Source: an uncultured Desulfobacter sp. (GTDB taxonomy: Bacteria; Desulfobacterota; Desulfobacteria; Desulfobacterales; Desulfobacteraceae). From it: a DNA stretch of 64,000 bases. Each line of letters opens with the position of its first letter. The first letter of the stretch is position 1. Made by a program: the position numbers and the translations under genes. This document shows, piece after piece, positions 45,855-56,764 of this stretch. The DNA is taken from assembly GCA_963665095.1 (NCBI GenBank), contig OY762069.1, positions 544,001 through 608,000 on the forward strand, read 5' to 3'. Under the pieces are notes generated by a model. It worked only from the letters and a program-made list of their open reading frames with translations, searched no databases and had not been told where the DNA came from.

Positions 45855-48836
45855 ATGCAGCAGGTAAAAAACGTGAAGAGAATATTGAGAAACAAGCGGG
45901 AGGAGAATAGCGTCCTGGGTTTACCAATGGTACGTGTGCTGAAAATTGTTGTTTTCTTTTTGCTGCTAAGCATGCTGGTCTGTGTTTATGCTGCAGGGCA
46001 GGATAATCTGCTGACACCGGAAGAACTTGCATACATCCGGGCCAAAAAGCGTATCAGCATCGGCATCATCGATAACGAGCCTCCCTATTCGTTCTATTCC
46101 CATGGAAAAATTAACGGGTTTTCCATTGATCTGCTGCATATTCTTGAACAGGAGTCGGGCCTGAAATTTGAATTTATGCCTGGTTCCTGGTTTGATGTGT
46201 ACGCTTCTTTCAAAAAAGGGAATCTGGACGTCATTGATCAGATATCCTTTACTGATGAACGCAGCCAATGGATGCTTTTTACCCCGGCCTACCGGGTCAA
46301 AAAAAATGTCCTTTTTATGCGGACCGGAGATATCCCGTCCCCGTTTCTGGGGATCAAAAGCCTTGAGGGAAAACGGGTCGGCATTATTAAGGATATTTAC
46401 TATGAAGATGCCCTTAGGCAGAGAAGCCGTGTCGAAGTGGTTGAGTATGACGACTATATTTCTTTGATGAAAGCGCTCTCTTTTGGCTGGATTGATGCCG
46501 TGGTATCCAGTGACCTGATCGGGCGTTTCATTGCCCGGGACAATAACCTTTCCGGCCTTGGCCTGGCAGGACCTTTAAATATGGCAGGTATTGAGGAAGA
46601 AGATTACCGGCTTGGTGTCCTGAAAGAGGCAGGCATGCTTCATTCGATTCTTGTAAAAATATTGAATGCCGTCCCGGCACAGCGCCTTGAAAAACTGACG
46701 CAAAAATGGAGTCAGTATCCATATATAGACAATGCTTCCGATCTTTTATTTAACCATGAAGAGGCGGACTTTATTGCAAATCACCCGGTGGTGACCATGG
46801 GGATGCTGTCGGATTTTTCCCCTTTCAGTTTTGTCAGTCAGGGCCGCCAGGTGGGCTATACTGCCTCTCTTCTGGATATCATTTCTGAAAGAACCGGGTT
46901 GAAGTTTTCCTATGTTGTGGATGACTGGCCCAACGTGTTTTATCAGTTTAAAACCGGGCAGCTCGATGCTGTGGCAAATATCTCTTACACCAGAGAGCGG
47001 ACAAAATTTACCCGGTATACAGATGTATACCATATGATTCCCACGGTGGTGTTTGTCCGGAACGATTTCAGAGACTACAAGGATGCCGGAAGTCTGAAAA
47101 ACAGGATTGTGGGGATGACCAAGGATGTGTTTTATAAAAAAGAACTCAAAGCGGTTGTGGGGAGCAGTCTGCGTGAATTTTATGACCATTCGGCCATGAT
47201 GAAGGCACTTTCTTTTGGGGAGCTGGATGCTGTGGTGGCGCCCCTTAATACCGGTACCCACTACATCCGGAAACTGGGGCTGGTTAATCTGACTGTTGCC
47301 GGGGAGTTTATTTGTGAGGGTGGCAAGGCCGAAGACCTGCATTTTGGTATCCGTCCGGATCTGGCTCCCCTGGATGATATCCTGAATAAAGCCTTAAGAT
47401 CCCTGTCCGCGTCTGACTGGCAGATGCTTGAAACCGCATGGCTTTCACCTGAAACCAGCTCTTCAGTGGATAAGATGCTGCGGTTTTCTGAAAAGGAGAC
47501 CGCGTATCTGAAACAAAAGAGAAAACTGGTGCTCTGCATGGCTTCCGACCGGCTGCCCTTTGGTAAAATGGACAGGGATGGCCATTACATTGGCATTGAT
47601 GCTGATTTTTTGGATTTTTTAACCAAAAAGCTGCCTGTTCCCATAACCATTTCAGAGAAAATTAACTGGGCCGGTCTGTTTCAATCTGTCAAAGAGGGTC
47701 AGTGTGATTTTTGCATGGGGGCGATGAAAACACCGAAAAGTCAGCAGGATCTGGATATCACAGATCCTTATCTGGTGATTCCCAATGTCATTGCCACTTC
47801 TGTGAATGCACCGTTCATTGATGACTTTCGAAAGTTCCTGGCGCATCCCATGGGGGTGGTCACCGGATCTGCCATATCTGAAACCCTTAGATCCACGTAC
47901 CCAGACGTGCCACTTGTGACTGTGGAAACTGTTTTGGATGGCATATACAAAGTCCAGCGGGGAGAGCTGTTTGGCTTTATCGGAACCATGACCAGTATTG
48001 GGTATCACCTGCGGCAGGAGAAAATCGTTGATATTAAAATTGCCGGTAAAATGCCCTATGACTGGCAGCCCGGTATCGGCACCCGGAAAGACGAACCCAT
48101 GCTTGGGGAAATATTTCAGAAACTTATCATGTCTGTGTCCGAGCAGGAAAAATCGCGGTTGCTGGATCAATGGCTCAGTGTAAAAGTGGAGCAGAAGTTT
48201 GACTATTCCCCTTTCTGGAAAGTGCTGGGAGGTGTCGTGATTCTGATACTTCTGTCTCTTTTCTGGATACACAAGGTGCGCAAACTCAACCGAAAGCTCA
48301 TTGAAGCCAATCGCGCTTTAAAGGAGCTGAGCCGTACAGACGGTCTTACCGGACTTTTTAACCGCCGTATTTTTGATGAAGAATTTAATCGTGTTTTTAA
48401 TATCTGCAAACGCGGTTCAATCCTTTTTGCCGTTGTCATACTTGACATAGATCATTTCAAACAGATCAATGACACTTATGGCCATCCGGCCGGAGATGAA
48501 TGTCTGAAGCGGTTCAGTGCTGCCCTTACAAAACATTTTCAGCGTATCTCAGACATTGTCTGCCGGTTTGGCGGCGAGGAGTTTGGTATTATCTGCACCG
48601 GCAGAGAGGCCAGGAAGGTGAACGCATATGTCAATAATCTGCGAAAATACATCGAACGTCTCCCTGTTGATTATGACTCAAAGCGCATCTCATTTACTAT
48701 CAGTGCAGGGGTATATGCCGACATCCCTGCTAAAGATGCCAAGCCTGAGACCTATTTGAACATGGCGGATCAGGCCCTTTATGAAGCAAAAAACAGCGGA
48801 CGTAACCGGGTGGTTGATTTTTCCGGTATGTCCTGA
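45855..48836 (+). CDS. Diguanylate cyclase with three periplasmic SBP-like domains
   Basis: Three PBP repeats, TM, DGLTGLFNRR, DIDHFKQINDTYGH, RFGGEEF; start may be a downstream Met. Confidence 0.92.
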   Translation: MQQVKNVKRILRNKREENSVLGLPMVRVLKIVVFFLLLSMLVCVYAAGQDNLLTPEELAYIRAKKRISIGIIDNEPPYSFYSHGKINGFSIDLLHILEQESGLKFEFMPGSWFDVYASFKKGNLDVIDQISFTDERSQWMLFTPAYRVKKNVLFMRTGDIPSPFLGIKSLEGKRVGIIKDIYYEDALRQRSRVEVVEYDDYISLMKALSFGWIDAVVSSDLIGRFIARDNNLSGLGLAGPLNMAGIEEEDYRLGVLKEAGMLHSILVKILNAVPAQRLEKLTQKWSQYPYIDNASDLLFNHEEADFIANHPVVTMGMLSDFSPFSFVSQGRQVGYTASLLDIISERTGLKFSYVVDDWPNVFYQFKTGQLDAVANISYTRERTKFTRYTDVYHMIPTVVFVRNDFRDYKDAGSLKNRIVGMTKDVFYKKELKAVVGSSLREFYDHSAMMKALSFGELDAVVAPLNTGTHYIRKLGLVNLTVAGEFICEGGKAEDLHFGIRPDLAPLDDILNKALRSLSASDWQMLETAWLSPETSSSVDKMLRFSEKETAYLKQKRKLVLCMASDRLPFGKMDRDGHYIGIDADFLDFLTKKLPVPITISEKINWAGLFQSVKEGQCDFCMGAMKTPKSQQDLDITDPYLVIPNVIATSVNAPFIDDFRKFLAHPMGVVTGSAISETLRSTYPDVPLVTVETVLDGIYKVQRGELFGFIGTMTSIGYHLRQEKIVDIKIAGKMPYDWQPGIGTRKDEPMLGEIFQKLIMSVSEQEKSRLLDQWLSVKVEQKFDYSPFWKVLGGVVILILLSLFWIHKVRKLNRKLIEANRALKELSRTDGLTGLFNRRIFDEEFNRVFNICKRGSILFAVVILDIDHFKQINDTYGHPAGDECLKRFSAALTKHFQRISDIVCRFGGEEFGIICTGREARKVNAYVNNLRKYIERLPVDYDSKRISFTISAGVYADIPAKDAKPETYLNMADQALYEAKNSGRNRVVDFSGMS

Positions 48837-49238
48837 TGGTATCGGCGAATAAGTATATCGTAATTTGGACAGAGGGTTACTGTCGTCAGATGTCTTTTTA
48901 TTTTGCTTGGCCTAGAAGAAAAGTTTTGCTAATATCCCGATATTTGTTGTAGCTGGCAATGGGCGGCATTTTGCCTTGAAAACCAGGAATGACAAGCAAT
49001 AATCCATTATAAAAAAAGGAACAGTCTGCTGAATCGGCGAAAAAGAACGGCGAATTTTTTTTCCTTAAAATTGTGGGTGAGCTGAGGAAATGGTCTGGGC
49101 TCTCCGGCAGAGAAGTACTTTTGACCACGATAAAGAATACTTGCAAAGTTTTCCGGATCCGGGTAATGCTTCCCCTGGTCCTGCAGCTGTGGTGAAACGA
49201 GGCGTTAACTCAATTCAAAAGGAAAGAGGGTATAAATC

Positions 49239-51617
49239 ATGTTCAAAAAATTTAATATCAGAACAAGGCTGATTGGCGGTTTCAGTGCCGTCCTTTTGAT
49301 TACTGTCGCGGTCGGGGGAATAGGGTATGTCTCTTTGAAAAGAGTGATGCATGCATCCCACCATCAGACGGGTATTGCAAACCTTGAAAAGGATTTCAGC
49401 AATCTCCTGGTTGATCAGGAACAATATTTAAGAACTGGTGAAAATGAAGACTTTATTAAAATTCAGGAAGGCGTTGATATCGTGGTCAAGCGGTTTGGCA
49501 GGATTGAATGGGATGCCATAGATGCCTCGGTGCTTGCCGCCTTTGAAAACAGTGCAAAGGAATACATAAGCCTTCTTAATGATCTTAAAAACCGCACAGA
49601 TACAAACAAGGTGCTGCTGAGTGACCTGCAGAATGTATCCGGTCGAATGAGTGCTATTTTTAAGGAGAGCATTGAAAAAGCACAAAAAGATATTCAGCAT
49701 GAGATCCTTGAGGCCAGCCACACCTATTTAAAAGAAAATGCCTATAAAGGAATTAAAAATATTCTCGAGGTCGGGTTGGCTGCAATTCAACACAGTTATA
49801 AAAGTGGCAGGACAAAAGAGGACGCCCTGGATATCCTGCGGCATCTTAAGTTTGACAAGACCAATTACTATTTTGCGGTGGACAGCCGTTATATGCTGCT
49901 TGCCCACGGTGCCAATGCCAAACTTGAGGGGATGGATTTTTCTGTCATCAAAGACAAGAAAACCGGTAAGACCTTTATGGTGGAGCTGGTGGATAATGCC
50001 GTGAAGGACGGGCAATCTTTAACTGAATATTTCTGGACCAAACCGGGGCATGGTGATGCAGTGTTCCCAAAGGTCACGGCAGCCTACTATTATAAACCCT
50101 GGGACGTCGTTATCTGTGCCGGGGTTTACCTGGATGATGTGGATGAGGCCAATGCCCGGATGGATAAAATTGTTTCAAAGGGGATTGGGGATATCAACAG
50201 CCTCAATAGTCTGGATATGGCCATGGTCAATGCCCGGCTGGCAAGTCTGTACCATATGAAATTTAATGCAGGGAAACAAAAAACCCTGGACCTTCTGGGA
50301 CAGGTCGTACAGGCACCCAATGCCCCCAGTGAGTTGAAAAAGTCTGCGTCCGCATATATGGCCAGCTGGGAAAAATATGCTGAGAATCTTGAAAAGGTTC
50401 AGGCCGTTGCAAATGCGGCCACGACCAATGTTGAATCCAGCGTTAAGACAGTGGGAAAGACCGGTAATGCCGTGGGCAAGATGATGGCTGACACGGAAAA
50501 ACAGGCTACATTTATCATTATGGTATTTATTATCGTCGGTATTGCCATCGGGGTTGTCATGGCCTTTATCCTGATCAGCTCCATTCTGGTTCCCATTCAC
50601 CGGACCAATGCCATGATCAAGGATATTGCCCAGGGCGAAGGAGACCTGACCAAACGCCTGGCCGTGGATTCCAAAGATGAGGTGGGAGAGCTTGCCGGAT
50701 GGATAGATATTTTTATTGAACGGCTTCAGAAAATGATCCGGGATATCGGCGCTGGTGTTGAAACCTTGTCAACGGCGTCCGGAAACATGTCCCAGGTGGC
50801 AGACGAAATTTCAGGCAATTCCGATCACACCGCGCATAAGGCCGCCACGGTGGCAGCATCCTCCGAGGAGATGAGCAGCAATCTGAACGGAGTGGCCGCA
50901 GCCTCTGAGCAGGCCACGTCAAATATCCAGACCATTGTGGCTGCCATTGAGCAGATGCGTACCACTATCCAGGAGATTTCAGAGAATATGGTTCGTGGCA
51001 GCACCACCACCCAGAACGCGGTCTCCCAGGCAAGGGAGGTTTCTGGCAAGGTGGATGAACTGGGCAGGGCAGCCGCTGAAATCAACAAGGTGACCGAAAC
51101 CATTGCTGATATTTCAGAACAGACCAACCTTCTGGCCCTGAACGCCACCATTGAGGCGGCAAGGGCCGGAGAAGCCGGCAAGGGCTTTGCCGTTGTGGCA
51201 GGGGAGATTAAGGATCTTGCCCATCAGACCGCCATGGCAACCCATGAGATCAGCTCCCAGATATCAAAGGTCCAGGATTCCACAAGGGAGTCTGTGGCTG
51301 TGATTGAGCAGGTGGTCGGGGTAATTAACGATATCAACGGTATTGTGACTGGAGTGGCTGCAGCCATGGAAGAGCAGTCCTCCGCCACCCTTGAAATTTC
51401 TGAGAATGTGGGACAGGCAGCCAAAGGTATTGCCGACGTCAATGATAATGTCAGTCAGATATCCACTGTGGCCGGCGGGGTCTCCCATGATGTGGCCGAG
51501 GTCAGTCATGCTGCAGAACAGATCAACTCCGGCTCCACCGTGGTAAAGGAAAATGCCGTTTCCATGGACAAACTGGCCGCCACCCTTCAGGAGATGGTGC
51601 ACCGGTTTAAAGTGTGA
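49239..51617 (+). CDS. Methyl-accepting chemotaxis protein with Cache domain
   Basis: TM, Cache (YFWTKPG...[11 protein letters not shown]), [31 protein letters not shown]. Confidence 0.95.
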   Translation: MFKKFNIRTRLIGGFSAVLLITVAVGGIGYVSLKRVMHASHHQTGIANLEKDFSNLLVDQEQYLRTGENEDFIKIQEGVDIVVKRFGRIEWDAIDASVLAAFENSAKEYISLLNDLKNRTDTNKVLLSDLQNVSGRMSAIFKESIEKAQKDIQHEILEASHTYLKENAYKGIKNILEVGLAAIQHSYKSGRTKEDALDILRHLKFDKTNYYFAVDSRYMLLAHGANAKLEGMDFSVIKDKKTGKTFMVELVDNAVKDGQSLTEYFWTKPGHGDAVFPKVTAAYYYKPWDVVICAGVYLDDVDEANARMDKIVSKGIGDINSLNSLDMAMVNARLASLYHMKFNAGKQKTLDLLGQVVQAPNAPSELKKSASAYMASWEKYAENLEKVQAVANAATTNVESSVKTVGKTGNAVGKMMADTEKQATFIIMVFIIVGIAIGVVMAFILISSILVPIHRTNAMIKDIAQGEGDLTKRLAVDSKDEVGELAGWIDIFIERLQKMIRDIGAGVETLSTASGNMSQVADEISGNSDHTAHKAATVAASSEEMSSNLNGVAAASEQATSNIQTIVAAIEQMRTTIQEISENMVRGSTTTQNAVSQAREVSGKVDELGRAAAEINKVTETIADISEQTNLLALNATIEAARAGEAGKGFAVVAGEIKDLAHQTAMATHEISSQISKVQDSTRESVAVIEQVVGVINDINGIVTGVAAAMEEQSSATLEISENVGQAAKGIADVNDNVSQISTVAGGVSHDVAEVSHAAEQINSGSTVVKENAVSMDKLAATLQEMVHRFKV

Positions 51618-51754
51618 TCATTGGAAGCTGGTGGTTTGGCACAGCATTACTTGCAATACAAAACATCGTATGGTATTAGGCTCATGACCCAAAAGAGGTC
51701 ATGGGCCTACACTTGTTTTGACTCTTTTCTGTTTTAACATATTGTCTGTATAAC

Positions 51755-52372
51755 ATGGTGAAAATGAAGGACACATCAACAAAGAAAAAACTGGATGCAG
51801 CCACTAAAGCCAAGCTTGAGGAGGTAGTTAAGGCGCTTTTCAGTCAGCAGGATTTCCATCAGGTTCAGATGCGCAGTATTGCAAAGAAAACCGGCATCGG
51901 GCTTAATACCATTTACCTGCATTATGAAAGCAAGGAGCGGCTGCTCTTTTCTTTTATCGGTGACTGGATTCAGGCGCTTGATGACCGGGTGGTTGAGCAT
52001 CTGCAGGGGCTGGAGGACGTAAAGGAAAAGATCCGTAAAATAATCTGGGTCCTCCTTGATTTTTACGACAGAAATCCCGATATAGGCCAGATTCTTTTAT
52101 TTACGGTCCCTTTTAAAACCTGGAGTACGGATAAAACCTTCAGCCACAAGGATCTTTCAAGCCGGATCATTGCCATTTTAAGGGAGGGGCAGGCAAAGGG
52201 CGCCCTGGATACAACCATACCGGCTGAGTTCATGTTTGACGTCCTTTATGGTGTGATCCACCGCTCTGTTTATATCTCCTTTTTTAAAGGTGATCAGGAA
52301 CCGCTGACCTCCCGTATTGATTTGTTCCACAGTGTTTTATGGCGGGCTATCGAAGCCCGGGCCGACCTGTAA
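51755..52372 (+). CDS. TetR/AcrR-family regulator
   Basis: MRSIAKKTGIGLNTIYLHYESKERLL. Confidence 0.92.
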   Translation: MVKMKDTSTKKKLDAATKAKLEEVVKALFSQQDFHQVQMRSIAKKTGIGLNTIYLHYESKERLLFSFIGDWIQALDDRVVEHLQGLEDVKEKIRKIIWVLLDFYDRNPDIGQILLFTVPFKTWSTDKTFSHKDLSSRIIAILREGQAKGALDTTIPAEFMFDVLYGVIHRSVYISFFKGDQEPLTSRIDLFHSVLWRAIEARADL

Positions 52373-52557
52373 GATTTCTGGGGCCTGCGAATTTCGTTTG
52401 CAGGCCTTTTTCTGCATAACACCACTTCTCTTACACCCACCCCGGGTTATTCCCGATAAACATCCCGGTTTTTCTTTATTTGATGGCACGTTGATTTGAT
52501 CATGCGCCTTGTCTGGCGGTTTGGTTTTCTAATCATTAAACCAGAGTTCAACATCTG

Positions 52558-52691
52558 AAAACATCGTTTTTTATGGCGACAACTGGCGCAGCTATGATGC
52601 AGCCTGTTAAATAATGTATTTTAAGAATATATAAGGAATTTCTTGACAAACATAAAACCCTATTATATTGCTAATTAAAAAACATTGTTTT
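52558..52691 (+). promoter_or_regulatory. Operon promoter region with two palindromic operator candidates
   Basis: AAAAC-ATC-GTTTT (52558) and AAAAC-ATT-GTTTT (52679) flank TTGACA at 52643. Confidence 0.45.
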
Positions 52692-52853
52692 CCATTTATT
52701 TAAAAGGTATTATGCTCATTAAATTATATATTAAAAAACATTATTATCGATAATGAATATCTGGGTTGCCTGACGGGTCAAGTCAAGTTCCCTTAAACGC
52801 TCTTGACTCAAGGATGCCGGCCAGCGTTACCAATTACATTTAAAGGAGAAATA

Positions 52854-54665
52854 ATGGCTCAACAATTAGCAGACAGGCGGGATCAGGATTTTGTTGTCTG
52901 GGAACAGTTCGACAATGAGGCTCTTATTGAAAGCGAGCATTACGATGGATTTGATAAAAAAACCTGCCAGATGATCATCACCGAAGGCCGGAAAATAGCC
53001 ATCAAAGAGATCCTGCCCACCATTCGCGAGGGAGATCTTGAAGGCGCCCGGTTTGAGAACGGTGAGGTGTTTACGCCGAAATCCTTTAAACGGGTCTACG
53101 ATCTGTTACGGGAGAATGACTGGCAAAACCTGATGGAACCCGTGGAAATGGGCGGTCAGGGTGCGCCCCGGTTTGTGGATACCTGTGTCCGGGAATATAT
53201 GTTTACAAATTTTCCTTTGATGGCGTACCTGTGCACGGGTGCCGGCACTTCGCATATGATTTACAAGTACGGCACCCAGGAGCAGATTGACAGATATATG
53301 CCAAAGCTGATGTCTGCTCAGTGGGGCGGTACCATGCTGATGACCGAATCCCAGGCCGGGTCCGATATCGGTGCCATTGAAACGGTTGCCAAAAGAAATG
53401 ACGACGGCACGTTTTCAATCACCGGCAGCAAAATTTTTATCACCTCAGGTGAATCCGATCTGGTTGAAAATATTATCCATCCGGTTCTGGCCAGAATCGA
53501 AGGGGCACCGGCAGGCACCAAGGGCATCTCCATTTTTATTGTTCCCAAATATTTTGTAAACGACGACGGCTCCCTGGGAGACAGAAACGATGTGTGGTGT
53601 ACCGGTCTTGAACACAAACACGGCATTAAGGCAAGTGCCACATGCAGCATGACCATGGGCGCCAAAGGCGAGTGCAAAGGATTCCTTCTGGGCAAAGAAA
53701 ACCAGGGGGTCTCCATCATGTTCAATATGATGAACAGTGCCAGGATGGATACAGGGCTTCAGGCCCTGGCCTATGGGTCCGCCTGTTATCTTCTGGCGGT
53801 GAATTATGCCCGTGAGCGCGTTCAGTCCAGGGAGATCGGCCAGCCGCCAACAGCTCCGCCTGTGGCCATTATCAACCATCCGGACGTGCGCCGGAACCTG
53901 TTGTGGATGAAGTCATACATTTGCGGTTTAAGAAGCTTTTATCAGTTTACAAATCTATGTGCGGAAAAAGCCAGGCTGGCGCCATCACAAGAAGAGCGGC
54001 AGCTGAACAACGATCTCTACGAGCTGTTAACCCCCCTGATCAAAAGCTATACCGCCAACAGGGGCTATGAGGTCTGCGTCCAGGCCATGCAGGTATACGG
54101 CGGTGCCGGCTACACCCAGGATTACCTGGTGGAGCAGTTTGTCAGGGATTGTAAAATCGTCTCAATTTATGAAGGCACCTGCGGTATCCAGGCGGCCGAC
54201 CTGCTTGGCAGGAAAATTCCCATGAACAAGGCCAGGGGCTTTACGGCATTGATCAATGCCATGCTCAATACCGTGAGTGAGGCAAAGGATATTGACGGGC
54301 TGCAGGCCATGCCCGTCCAGGCTGAGGCCCAGGTGACAAAGCTTAAAGAGGTTGTCATGACCGTTGCCATGAGTGCGGCCGATCCCAAGGTGTTCAAGAC
54401 CGCCTTTGCCCACTCCTTGCCCCTGCTCGATGTTGTCGGCGATACCATCATGACCTGGATGCTGTTGTGGCGGGCGGTGACCGCCACAAAAAAGCTGGCC
54501 CTGAAACCCAAGGGAAAAGATGTGGTCTTCTATAACGGTCAGATTGTAACCGCCAGATTTTTTATTGAAACCATTTCCCCGGCCAGTATCGGTAAAATGA
54601 AGGGGATACAGTCATTGAGCACGGCGGCCATGGATATGGAGGACGATGCCTACGGCAGTCTGTAG
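52854..54665 (+). CDS. Acyl-CoA dehydrogenase (~600-aa type with C-terminal extension)
   Basis: MLMTESQAGSD, GSKIFIT, EHKHGIKAS, QVYGGAGY, IYEGT; AAGGAG RBS before MAQQL. Confidence 0.93.
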   Translation: MAQQLADRRDQDFVVWEQFDNEALIESEHYDGFDKKTCQMIITEGRKIAIKEILPTIREGDLEGARFENGEVFTPKSFKRVYDLLRENDWQNLMEPVEMGGQGAPRFVDTCVREYMFTNFPLMAYLCTGAGTSHMIYKYGTQEQIDRYMPKLMSAQWGGTMLMTESQAGSDIGAIETVAKRNDDGTFSITGSKIFITSGESDLVENIIHPVLARIEGAPAGTKGISIFIVPKYFVNDDGSLGDRNDVWCTGLEHKHGIKASATCSMTMGAKGECKGFLLGKENQGVSIMFNMMNSARMDTGLQALAYGSACYLLAVNYARERVQSREIGQPPTAPPVAIINHPDVRRNLLWMKSYICGLRSFYQFTNLCAEKARLAPSQEERQLNNDLYELLTPLIKSYTANRGYEVCVQAMQVYGGAGYTQDYLVEQFVRDCKIVSIYEGTCGIQAADLLGRKIPMNKARGFTALINAMLNTVSEAKDIDGLQAMPVQAEAQVTKLKEVVMTVAMSAADPKVFKTAFAHSLPLLDVVGDTIMTWMLLWRAVTATKKLALKPKGKDVVFYNGQIVTARFFIETISPASIGKMKGIQSLSTAAMDMEDDAYGSL

Positions 54666-54668
54666 TTA

Positions 54669-54856
54669 GTGTTAGTACGGCTCGAAGAGGAGCTTCAGCT
54701 CACAAAGCCACCCACCTGCGGCGTTGCTGCACAAAGCTGCCAAAACATATAATCGGGTCTCACGTACTGGAGTACGCTTGCGGTTGCAGCTTTGCTTGCG
54801 CCTTGTATCTGGGCAACTTTGTGGGCATGCGCCCCTCTTGCGAGCCGTCCAAACAC
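54669..54856. repeat. 188-bp long-hairpin intergenic repeat (REP/MITE-like)
   Basis: GTGTTAGTACGGCTCG/CGAGCCGTCCAAACAC termini; internal CTGCGGCGTTG, CTCAC and GCCTTGTATCTGGGCAACT shared with the 59267 copy. Confidence 0.8.
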
Positions 54857-54874
54857 CAAACACGGGGTTTTCCA

Positions 54875-54907
54875 AGATGCCAGATTTTAGATGCCAGATT
54901 TTAGATG
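54875..54907 (+). repeat. 14-bp tandem repeat (2.4 copies)
   Basis: AGATGCCAGATTTT x2 plus AGATG. Confidence 0.85.
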
Positions 54908-54981
54908 TCGAATGCACATTATGTTCCTGATGTATTTACGTGTTAACGCCAATAATTTTTTTAAAAAAGGAGTGTTACATC

Positions 54982-56676
54982 ATGCCAATACCTGAAAAAA
55001 TCCTGGATCGTGCAAACAAACTTTTAGCCGATGTCGTTCCAAACTGTGCCGACTACATTGCCCAATATGCGGAAGAAAAACCGGAAACCACCGCATTTAT
55101 CATGTATGCCACAGGCAAACAGGTCACCTGGCAGCAATTTAATGATGCCGTGGACATCTATGCCGCAGCACTGCTTTCCAAAGGATTAAAAAAAGGCGAT
55201 ATCGTTGGCACGATTCTCACGCTCTCAGAGGAACACATCTTTCTGATGTATGCCTGTTTCCGGATCGGCGTGATTATTGCCCCTATGGATATCAGGCTCA
55301 AGGAGACGGAAGTTCTGTACTCCATAGGAAAGATCAATCCAAAGGCTGTCTTTTTCCTCGGAAAAACACCTGTCACTGATTTCAGGCCCATGATCGCCGA
55401 TGTCATGAAAGACGTGCCTTCCGTCAGCCTGTGGGTGCAGATTCAAAAAAGTGATGACAGCGTGATTGACGGGGCTGAAAGCCTCAAAGATTTTCTGGGT
55501 GATCCGACACCCGATGCCATCGCGGCAGTTAAAAACGCCAATGCCCTGACTGAAAAACGAGACCCCTGCCTGATTACCTTTACAACAGGTTCCACAGGTT
55601 CTCCGAAGGCCGCACTTCTCTGCCATGAAAACATTTTGATGCAGAATATCTCATTTGCATGCCTCTCCATGATTGACTCAGATACGGTTTTTCTGGATAA
55701 CCTGCCGCCTTCCCATGTGGCCTGCACCACAGAGGTCATGTACACCACATTTTTTGCCGGGGGAACGCTGGTGATCATGGATTTTGATCCCAAACAGTGC
55801 TTTGAGGCCATTGAGAAACACAAGATTAATCATATCTTGGGCATTCCGGCCATGTTCAGCATGATGTGGCAGTTCCCCGACTATGACAAGTACGATAAAT
55901 CCTCACTGAACGTGGCTGTATTCGGCGGCCAGCAGGTGCAGCGGCCCTGGGTGGAGAAACTGCAGGCCATGGTTCCCAATATTTGCACAGGCCTTGGCAT
56001 CACCGAATGTGCCGGTGCCACCACCAGCAACTGTATTCCGTGTACCGTGGATGATGTCATGGACGGCATCGGTCTGTGCATGCCGCACTGCCCACTCACC
56101 GTACGGGAGCCCATGAATTTTGACGGAACTGCCGGGGTGGAAATGGCTCCCGGTGAGATCGGTGAGATCTGCTTTGAGGGCCCACAGGTATTTCTCGGGT
56201 ATCTGAATGACCCAAAGAAAACGGCTGAGACCATTTCAAAGGAAGGCATTTTGTACACCGGGGATGTGGGAAGCTATGATGAAAAGGGGCTTCATCTGGC
56301 AGGTCGCAGGAAATTCATCATAAAACCCAAGGGCTTTCAGGTATTTCCCGGGGATGTGGAGGAGCATATCGCCCAGGCCCTGAAGGGACGGGTCGGGACT
56401 GTGGCGGTGGTGGGTGTCGAGCACGAGATATTTACCGACGGTGTCATGGCCTTTGTCGAGGTGCCGGAAGACCAGAATGTGACGGCTGAAGATGTCTACA
56501 ACGCCTGCCGGAGTATCTCCTCCTATTCGCGTCCCTCCCATGTGGAGATAATTAAAGTAGGAGAGTTTCCCCTTACCCGGACGGCAAAGATAGATTATAT
56601 GCGCCTGAAAGCACTGGCCCAGGACGTGGTGGATAAACTCAGAGCTGAAGGAAAATGGGACAGAGCGCAGATGTAA
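54982..56676 (+). CDS. Acyl-CoA synthetase (class I adenylate-forming)
   Basis: FTTGSTGSPKA, GLGITE, GEIC..GPQVFLGY, YTGDVG, GRRK; AAGGAG RBS before MPIPEK. Confidence 0.92.
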   Translation: MPIPEKILDRANKLLADVVPNCADYIAQYAEEKPETTAFIMYATGKQVTWQQFNDAVDIYAAALLSKGLKKGDIVGTILTLSEEHIFLMYACFRIGVIIAPMDIRLKETEVLYSIGKINPKAVFFLGKTPVTDFRPMIADVMKDVPSVSLWVQIQKSDDSVIDGAESLKDFLGDPTPDAIAAVKNANALTEKRDPCLITFTTGSTGSPKAALLCHENILMQNISFACLSMIDSDTVFLDNLPPSHVACTTEVMYTTFFAGGTLVIMDFDPKQCFEAIEKHKINHILGIPAMFSMMWQFPDYDKYDKSSLNVAVFGGQQVQRPWVEKLQAMVPNICTGLGITECAGATTSNCIPCTVDDVMDGIGLCMPHCPLTVREPMNFDGTAGVEMAPGEIGEICFEGPQVFLGYLNDPKKTAETISKEGILYTGDVGSYDEKGLHLAGRRKFIIKPKGFQVFPGDVEEHIAQALKGRVGTVAVVGVEHEIFTDGVMAFVEVPEDQNVTAEDVYNACRSISSYSRPSHVEIIKVGEFPLTRTAKIDYMRLKALAQDVVDKLRAEGKWDRAQM

Positions 56677-56705
56677 CGCGGCAGGTAAAAAAGCGGTTTC
56701 ATGTC

Positions 56706-56745
56706 CCGGCAACTAAACGGTCCGGCAACTAAATGGCCCGGCAAC
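56706..56745 (+). repeat. 16-bp-period direct repeat just upstream of the GRE RBS
   Basis: CCGGCAAC(TAAA) at 56706, 56722 and 56738. Confidence 0.85.
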
Positions 56746-56764
56746 AGATAAAGGAGATATAGGC

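Noticed and set aside
48840..49238. c-di-GMP riboswitch between the diguanylate cyclase and the MCP
   Set aside because: No GEMM-I or class II consensus visible
52484..52499. sigma54 promoter TGGCAC-GTTGA-TTTGA upstream of the GRE operon
   Set aside because: The -12 GC is absent; TGGCAC near 51638 also has wrong spacing to TTGC
56700..56750. CRISPR-like array
   Set aside because: Period is only 16 bp, there are no unique spacers and no cas genes; no CRISPR seen anywhere in the window
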